In this document: piece by piece, positions 57,843 through 64,000 of the stretch
Position numbering within the stretch: position 1 is the stretch's first letter
Layout: the number at the start of each line of letters is the position of its first letter
Virus record (IMG/VR): IMGVR_UViG_3300050142_000050
Span: 128,001-192,000 of that record
Direction: 5' to 3' (one strand)
DNA from: a virus
Taxonomy: Duplodnaviria > Caudoviricetes
Length of the DNA stretch: 64,000 nt
The notes under the pieces: generated by a model
The model's input: only the letters and a program-made list of their open reading frames with translations
Told to the model about the DNA's origin: nothing
Databases searched by the model: none
Position numbers and translations under genes: made by a program

Positions 57843-58409
57843 GTGGACCTAACAAGGAGAAGCATCATGGATACCACAATGCAAGTTATGATCGATCGGG
57901 TGATAAGTAAAGGGAGCGGCATTCTCGACGATAACGCGAGACTATCTGAGACGTTGTTACAAGTCGCAGCTGCAATTGAGCTGAATACCGCAAGTGGGTC
58001 GCCGTACAACTCGGAACCGAAAATCTACAGCGATGAAGTAAGTGAGCTTCTTAACGAAAAAGCCAATCTTCTGACAGACCTTATCTCCACCAACTTAAGG
58101 CTGATAGTCGCATCAGCATCGCTCAGTGGAGCTGATCCGAACTTCTTTGACCGACAAACGACTGGGTCCGATACTCAGCCTCCGGAGACAGTCGATGAAC
58201 CTACTCCCGAGAAGACGTACGAGGGTTATCAACTCCGAGTCGTCGAGGAGCGTGATGCTCTGAAAACGAAAATGGATGCTCTCTCAAAATTCCTCAACTC
58301 CAACGCAGTAAACGACCTCACACCGGACGCCAGTGATCTTCTGAATCGGCAGTGGTATGCGATGAAAGGATATCTGGACATCCTCGATAAGCGCATCGCG
58401 CTGTTCTGA
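57843..58409 (+). CDS. Hypothetical protein with a C-terminal crAss001_48-like helical domain
   Basis: YQLRVVEERDAL..KMDALSKFL...LL.RQ..AM.GY..IL.KRI. More likely start is ATG 57868 (SD AAGGAG). Confidence 0.55.
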   Translation: MDLTRRSIMDTTMQVMIDRVISKGSGILDDNARLSETLLQVAAAIELNTASGSPYNSEPKIYSDEVSELLNEKANLLTDLISTNLRLIVASASLSGADPNFFDRQTTGSDTQPPETVDEPTPEKTYEGYQLRVVEERDALKTKMDALSKFLNSNAVNDLTPDASDLLNRQWYAMKGYLDILDKRIALF

Positions 58410-58636
58410 GTCGACGCTGTATCTGTGATATGGATAGGGGGATGGCCTGAGGCCATCCCCCTACTCTACCTCTATTCCGTCTGTAAAAATAACACTCTTA
58501 TCGAGCTATATCCCATGTGAATTTTAGACATAATAGCTCCTAAAACTACACCTCAAAATAGGTGGGATGGTATACGGATTTACCGGCTAACGATCCCCCC
58601 CTAGACATCAATTTCAGACAATGGAATGGATAAATC

Positions 58637-60505
58637 ATGAACGATATGGCAGCTCGATTCCCAGGTCGACGCAAAGCAGTTACCCCTCCCAACGCCTTCA
58701 AGCGTGATCGTGAGATCCCTGATGTGTGGGTGGACGATTCACGTGACGAACTGTTCATGGACTTTGCCCGCGCTACATTGGACGACATCTATCTGTCCCC
58801 CACTGAGAAATACCAGGATCGTATCGCTAATGCTCATCGCGCGTACGCTGACGATCAAGCACATGCCCAGCGCATGTATGAGTACTCGTCCAAAGGTTGG
58901 TGCATTCCTGCTACGCCTATCCTGGCTAATGGTGGTACCACTCGAGGTCTTCCGATCTCGTGCTACCTGACTCATGTTCAGGACGATATGAAGGACATCA
59001 TCGGCCACTGGGCCGAGATCGCTCATCTGGGTCATAAGGGTGGTGGTATCGGATCTTACTGGGGCGATGTCCGATCGGCCGATGAGAAGATCGGTCTCAT
59101 TGGGAAGTCGTCTGGCGTGATGCCGTTCCTAAAGGTAGATGATGCCCAGACTGCCAGTATCAGCCAGGGTAACGCACGACGTGCATCTGCGGTCGTGTTC
59201 CTCGACATCGATCACCCAGAGATCGAACTCTTCGTCGAGATGCGTCAGAAGACTGGTGGCGATCCCAAGTACAAGTGCCTCAACCTACATCATGGGGTGG
59301 TCATCACCGATGCCTTCATGTGGGCAGTAGTCATTAATGGTCAATGGGACCTGAAAGCCCGCACGACAGGATTGGTCGTGAAGACCCTGAGCGCTCGAGC
59401 GCTATTCGAGAAGATCATCGAATATCGCATGGCCAATGGTGAGCCGTTCATCCTGTTCCTTGAGAATGCGAACAAGCATGTCCCCATTCACCACAAGAAA
59501 GCAGGACTCCTCGTACGAACATCCAACCTTTGTATGGAGATCCTTCTTCCCACCGGTAGAGATCAGTACGGTAATCATCGTACTGCGGTCTGTGCCCTTT
59601 ATCAGCTGAATGCTGAAAAGTTTGACGAGTGGAAAGATGATCCGAACATCATCGAAGATGTCGCTCGTTTTATGGATAACGTCTTGACCGACTATATCGA
59701 CCACGCCGGTCCTGACTTCGCACGAGCCACCTATTCGGCACAGCGTGAACGCTCGATTGGTGTGGGCCACTTCGGTATCCATTCCTACCTCCAGATGAAG
59801 AATGTCCCGGTATCTTCGCCGATCGGTATGGCTATGTCGACAAAGATCGCCAAGCATATCAATGACGGCATGAAGGCTGCTTCGTATAAGCTCGCAGTCG
59901 AACGTGGCCCGTGCCCTGATGCGGCCGACTATGGGATCATGGAGCGATTCTCCTGTAAAACCGCCATGGCTCCCACCGCTTCAGTATCTATCGTAGCAGG
60001 TGCTGGATGCTCAGCAGGTGGTGACTTCATCCCGGCGAATATCTACACACATAAGACCAGGGTCGGTTCTTGGTCTGTCAAGAATAAGTGGTTGACGAAG
60101 GTGCTGGACGCCTATGGTAGGAATACCAATGAAGTCTGGGATTCGATCGTGAAGCACACGGGGTCGGTGGCCCATCTTGACTTCTTGTCAGATCACGAGC
60201 GTGATGTGTTCAAGACTGCCTATGAGATCGATCCGAAGTTTGGTATCCTCTACAACGAGGCTCGTATCCCTCACATCGACCAATCACAATCGTACAACAT
60301 GTACATCCCACCGATGATCGATCGTGCCGAACTGATGCGTATCCACATCGACGGTTGGATGCGCGGGATCAAGTCCTATTACTACCTGCGTACTCTGGCT
60401 CCTAGCCGTGGTGATAGCAGTGATGGTGAAAAGATCCAGGTCGTGGGATGGACTCCGGAAGAGCCGGGTAAGGTGACCTACGAAGAATGCACTTGGTGTC
60501 AGTGA
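58637..60505 (+). CDS. nrdA: Ribonucleotide reductase class Ia alpha subunit (no ATP cone)
   Basis: PATPILAN, ISCYL, SNLCMEI, CALYQ, TAMAPTAS, SYYY and C-terminal CxxC. Confidence 0.95.
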   Translation: MNDMAARFPGRRKAVTPPNAFKRDREIPDVWVDDSRDELFMDFARATLDDIYLSPTEKYQDRIANAHRAYADDQAHAQRMYEYSSKGWCIPATPILANGGTTRGLPISCYLTHVQDDMKDIIGHWAEIAHLGHKGGGIGSYWGDVRSADEKIGLIGKSSGVMPFLKVDDAQTASISQGNARRASAVVFLDIDHPEIELFVEMRQKTGGDPKYKCLNLHHGVVITDAFMWAVVINGQWDLKARTTGLVVKTLSARALFEKIIEYRMANGEPFILFLENANKHVPIHHKKAGLLVRTSNLCMEILLPTGRDQYGNHRTAVCALYQLNAEKFDEWKDDPNIIEDVARFMDNVLTDYIDHAGPDFARATYSAQRERSIGVGHFGIHSYLQMKNVPVSSPIGMAMSTKIAKHINDGMKAASYKLAVERGPCPDAADYGIMERFSCKTAMAPTASVSIVAGAGCSAGGDFIPANIYTHKTRVGSWSVKNKWLTKVLDAYGRNTNEVWDSIVKHTGSVAHLDFLSDHERDVFKTAYEIDPKFGILYNEARIPHIDQSQSYNMYIPPMIDRAELMRIHIDGWMRGIKSYYYLRTLAPSRGDSSDGEKIQVVGWTPEEPGKVTYEECTWCQ

Positions 60506-60566
60506 CCCAAGACTGACTTCTTTCATCGAACCGTCCGTAGTCAATTTTACAAAGAAAGCTTCAGAG

Positions 60567-61766
60567 ATGACTTCTTTTACTCTCTTCGACAATGAACCCA
60601 CCATCGAAGAAATCACTCTTCAGCGTCGTGATAAGGTGATGAATGGAATCCACAATGGATCTATTCCTCATGAGAAGATCGCCTATATTCCGATGGAATA
60701 TCTCGATGTCACCAGCATCCCTGGCGTGGCCAGTGAGAATATCCTGACTGAGTCCAGAGTCTACAAGCCGTTTCGATATGAGTTCGGCTATCGGATGTAT
60801 GAGATGCAGAACAATCTGCATTGGATGCAAGACAAGATCTCCATGGACGAAGATATCGTGCAATTCGGTCGGCTTCCTGATCAACAGCGAGAAGTCCTTG
60901 AGGACATCTTCCCGATGTTCGTGAAGAATGACATGGTGGCTGAAGACTTCTGGGCTGGTAAATACCAGCGCATCTTTAAGCCCCATGAGATCCAGATGGG
61001 CATCGGTGCTGCTGTCAACATGGAGGCTATCCATAAGAGTGCCTATGCCTACCTATTGGATTCTCTGGCATTCCCTGTGGGTCGCTACAGCGACTTCTTG
61101 ACCCATCAGGAAGCCACTGATAAGCTCGACTACACGACGGGCTTCCATATGACCTCGCTGTACGAGACCCTGGCATCGATCTTCATGTTCGGTGCGATGA
61201 CTGAGGGTGTACAGCTCTATGGGAACTTCGCAGTCATGATGAGCTTCCCTCACCGCAATCTGATGAAGGGTATGGGTCAGGTGGTGACCTGGTCGGTGCG
61301 TGATGAGAGTCTGCACTGTGGGTTCGCAGCACAACTGTGGAAGCACACTCTTCTGGAGTTCGGTCATCTCATTGACATCAAGGCTCTCTTCACATGGTGT
61401 CAGAAGATCGCCCATCGGGTATATCAGAATGAGGTCGGTTTTGCAACCCTGATCTTCCGCCGTGGTCCTCTTCCGGATATGACGTTCGAACAACATTGCC
61501 AATACATGCGTCACCTGATTGACTCGCGTCTGAAGTCTTATGGGATCGCACCCATCTTCGGTGAACCTGAGACGCCGTATGACTTCTTGACGTCTCTTCT
61601 GTCAGGCGTCGAATATGCCAACTTCTTCGAGCAGCGTGCTACTGAATACGGCATGGCGAACCTGACTGGTTCGTTCCAGCCTGCATACGGCGCAGCACTG
61701 AGCGAGATCGACTTCATCAAGGAAAAACGCAAGTCTCTTGGTTTTGCTGTACCCGAAGGGGTTTGA
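60567..61766 (+). CDS. nrdB: Ribonucleotide reductase class Ia beta subunit
   Basis: YKPFRY, EAIHKSAY (radical Tyr), EGVQLY, RDESLH, NFFEQRATEY. Confidence 0.95.
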   Translation: MTSFTLFDNEPTIEEITLQRRDKVMNGIHNGSIPHEKIAYIPMEYLDVTSIPGVASENILTESRVYKPFRYEFGYRMYEMQNNLHWMQDKISMDEDIVQFGRLPDQQREVLEDIFPMFVKNDMVAEDFWAGKYQRIFKPHEIQMGIGAAVNMEAIHKSAYAYLLDSLAFPVGRYSDFLTHQEATDKLDYTTGFHMTSLYETLASIFMFGAMTEGVQLYGNFAVMMSFPHRNLMKGMGQVVTWSVRDESLHCGFAAQLWKHTLLEFGHLIDIKALFTWCQKIAHRVYQNEVGFATLIFRRGPLPDMTFEQHCQYMRHLIDSRLKSYGIAPIFGEPETPYDFLTSLLSGVEYANFFEQRATEYGMANLTGSFQPAYGAALSEIDFIKEKRKSLGFAVPEGV

Positions 61767-61774
61767 ATGTAATA

Positions 61775-61804
61775 GAGAGAGGAGGGCTCACGCCCTCCTC
61801 TCTC
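61775..61804 (+). terminator. Hairpin with GGGC-TCAC-GCCC core after nrdB
   Basis: 13-bp perfect stem with no T-tract. Confidence 0.6.
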
Positions 61805-61818
61805 ACTACCTATACCTC

Positions 61819-61855
61819 AAGTCAATTTATTTGATAGTCATATTACCAGAGTGAA
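61819..61855 (+). promoter_or_regulatory. Putative early promoter
   Basis: TCAA upstream element at the same spacing as 14154, plus CATATTACCAGAGTGAA. Confidence 0.6.
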
Positions 61856-61897
61856 GGAAGTGAATCTCCCTTCGTTCTAATTAAGGAGTGTCCTAAC

Positions 61898-61972
61898 ATG
61901 GCCAATTCTATCTCTTATGGTAGCCCTACTCGTAGTGCCCGTATCCGTGATCTGCGCGATACCCGCATCTGA
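61898..61972 (+). CDS. 24-aa Arg-rich micropeptide
   Basis: SD AAGGAG. MANSISYGSPTRSARIRDLRDTRI. First ORF after the early promoter. Confidence 0.5.
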   Translation: MANSISYGSPTRSARIRDLRDTRI

Positions 61973-62014
61973 TCTTCCATCGCATCCGACTACTTCGAAA
62001 AAGGAGAGGTCTCC

Positions 62015-62761
62015 ATGAAAGCTATCGCACCAACCGTCACCTCAGTGAAGAGTCTCAGACTCTCGCTAGGTGATAACCAAGAGGTATTTGCAAAGAAGAC
62101 CGGGTATTCTCAATCACGAGTATCCCGCATGGAAGAGAAGGACCTGATATCTCTAGACAATCTAAAAAAGATGCTCGATGTGTTCGGTTATGATCTACAT
62201 GTCGATGCGATCAGTCGCGATACGGGTCATCGTCTCAGCCTGGTCGGCGAAGGAGCCACTGCGTTGACTTTGGATCGGGAGGGTCCTAAATTCTTCACCT
62301 CCGATAAAGAGATCATAGATCCAGAACTACTACGTAGCATCATGGGTATGGATCATGATGATGAGAGTGTTACGATTGGAGGTAAGAAATTCGATAGATT
62401 CAATAGATATTCTCGCAGCTTTATTCGGGTCACTATTGGGGGTTTCCGAGGTAGTGTCTGCCCGCTCTATCTGGCGAATTTATATTACAGAGGGGAGCAC
62501 CCCTCTAAGGGACATCGCGTGTTCCCGGTGGACGGAAATTACTCGAACTTCAGCAGCGATAACATCTTCATCGGGAATCCGAGAGACTATACGCCTACAC
62601 AAGTTCCCTACCGAGTGATTCATCAGGGTAAAGTCATCGACCAGAGTTTTAGCGGATATGAAATGCGGCGCCTTATAAACCGTATTCGGTGTCAAGATAA
62701 AAATTATGACCATACCCTCCAAAAGAAGATTAACGGTAGGTGGGTGACTGCTGATTTCTGA
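62015..62761 (+). CDS. XRE-family HTH protein with a degenerate HNH-like domain
   Basis: LR..LG.NQE.FAKKTGYSQSRVSRME (XRE). C-terminal VFPVDGNYSNFSSDNI resembles HNH_3 V.HIDG...NN...NL. Confidence 0.65.
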   Translation: MKAIAPTVTSVKSLRLSLGDNQEVFAKKTGYSQSRVSRMEEKDLISLDNLKKMLDVFGYDLHVDAISRDTGHRLSLVGEGATALTLDREGPKFFTSDKEIIDPELLRSIMGMDHDDESVTIGGKKFDRFNRYSRSFIRVTIGGFRGSVCPLYLANLYYRGEHPSKGHRVFPVDGNYSNFSSDNIFIGNPRDYTPTQVPYRVIHQGKVIDQSFSGYEMRRLINRIRCQDKNYDHTLQKKINGRWVTADF

Positions 62762-62839
62762 TATTTGAGTATTTAGTTGAAATTACCCAAAACCTTTTCG
62801 GTACTGTAAGAAGTGCTGATTTGAATTAAGGAATGTCCT

Positions 62840-63388
62840 ATGTCCAATATTCAAGAACCCTATGCCTCCATCAACCTCGAACTCCAGCTGTTCGAAGATG
62901 GGAGGATCAGCTCTAACCTCAGTACCAGTGCCCGGGATATGCGTCCTCAATTTGTCCTTGACGAGATTGACAAGTATTCCGCTGCGGAGCGTCAGGCTCT
63001 CGTCAAGTGTCCTTTCCATAAGGAAAAGGACAAAGATCAGACTACGGTAGCGAGGGAGCAACCGAAGATCCTGAACGAGTTCTGGACGAACTTCGAATCC
63101 GACCAGGTCGAGGTGGGTCGCGATTATCGGATTATCGCTTTCCACTATAAGTCAATGATCAGTACCGATATAACGATGATCGTTACGGACAATACGGGTC
63201 GTCAGCGTGCGAACATCGATGTCGAATTTTCGGATTGGCTCGACCTACGTAAGGTGACCAGATTCAAGATCACCGATCGATTCGGCAGTATGAGTTTCTT
63301 CTCCGTAGGCGTATTGGAATATCGCCCGGACGGTAGGGAAATTTATATCGATGAATCTCGTGACCGTAAGGATTCCGCAAATGTCTAA
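62840..63388 (+). CDS. Hypothetical protein (182 aa)
   Basis: SD AAGGA. Stop overlaps the next start. Confidence 0.65.
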   Translation: MSNIQEPYASINLELQLFEDGRISSNLSTSARDMRPQFVLDEIDKYSAAERQALVKCPFHKEKDKDQTTVAREQPKILNEFWTNFESDQVEVGRDYRIIAFHYKSMISTDITMIVTDNTGRQRANIDVEFSDWLDLRKVTRFKITDRFGSMSFFSVGVLEYRPDGREIYIDESRDRKDSANV

Positions 63389-63863
63389 GTTGTCTAGAAA
63401 TACACTACGCATCATTCAGGCTATCAGTCAGTACGGAGACCATATCGGTATTCGGACGGCACTTAAGAATCTATGCGATCTCTCGAACACTGACGACATT
63501 CTGAAGGTGACCAGCGCAGCCATTCGCGAACTCTCTCGTGAGCTGCTTTCCGTCGAAAATATCCTGACACCATCGCACGGTGTCTTGAAGTTCGAGATCG
63601 AGGATATATCCCCTGAACTCGGCTCTGTCATCATTGTGAGAAATGTGACGTACGATCACAGTGATCCCGTAGAGCAGGGTAGGATCATCTGTGCTCGGGA
63701 TAAGGCGCAGAAGATCGTCGATATCCTGAATGGTCTTCCTGAAGACGTACCGATCGACATCTCCCTCAAGAAGGCGGAAGTGTTGGAGGGTACCGGAGAC
63801 CAGGACGTCCAACTCGAGGATAGCTTCGAGCAGAAGCTCGTTGATCTCCTCAACAAAAAATAA
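63381..63863 (+). CDS. Hypothetical protein (160 aa)
   Basis: ATG 63381 with SD AAGGA. Followed by a hairpin at about 63878-63906. Confidence 0.65.
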   Translation: MSKLSRNTLRIIQAISQYGDHIGIRTALKNLCDLSNTDDILKVTSAAIRELSRELLSVENILTPSHGVLKFEIEDISPELGSVIIVRNVTYDHSDPVEQGRIICARDKAQKIVDILNGLPEDVPIDISLKKAEVLEGTGDQDVQLEDSFEQKLVDLLNKK

Positions 63864-63928
63864 TACCATCCACAAAAGGAGGAGGGGTATTATGCCCCTC
63901 CTCCTATCATTCAAGAGGTCTTGACAAT

Positions 63929-64000
63929 ATGACAATCGATCCCATTGAGGCTCTCATCCTCAATATCCGCATCTCTCTGGAGGCAAGCTTCCAGAGTGAA
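63929..64000 (+). CDS. 3'-truncated ORF at the window end
   Basis: SD GAGGT. MTIDPIEALILNIRISLEASFQSE..., includes an SLE motif. Confidence 0.45.
   Translation, partial: MTIDPIEALILNIRISLEASFQSE

Noticed and set aside
58485-58521. NrdR box or early promoter upstream of nrdA (CTATATCCCATGTGAA)
   Set aside because: Spacing fits neither the NrdR palindrome nor the early core (2 nt short). Too weak to call.
1-64000. Alternative genetic code
   Set aside because: Conserved genes translate full length in the standard code, and all three stop codons are used as terminators.

Overview
The window is a 64-kb segment of a phiKZ-like jumbo myophage (Chimalliviridae-type), read in the standard genetic code, roughly 50% GC by eye. 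It carries split RNA polymerase subunits (virion beta' C-terminal and beta C-terminal fragments, non-virion beta N-terminal), a family-B DNA polymerase subunit, RNase HI, a diverged GroEL-like chaperonin, portal, tail sheath and tube, baseplate proteins, the prohead protease, a terminase with a class-3 mini-intein, a paralog family of processed head proteins and class Ia NrdAB resembling alphaproteobacterial enzymes. phiKZ gene numbers are recalled from motifs and gene order, not from database searches. The three most unusual signals are: (1) an in-phase U UUU UUU slippery site joining a Cys-motif baseplate/tail-assembly gene to the next ORF, like the lambda G/GT frameshift; (2) five intergenic RNA hairpins with covarying stems and a conserved 4x4 internal loop that punctuate an early operon, like T7 RNase III sites; (3) that operon is an array of about a dozen tiny membrane-anchored proteins. 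No tRNA, rRNA, CRISPR array, integrase, ChmA or PhuZ gene was recognised.
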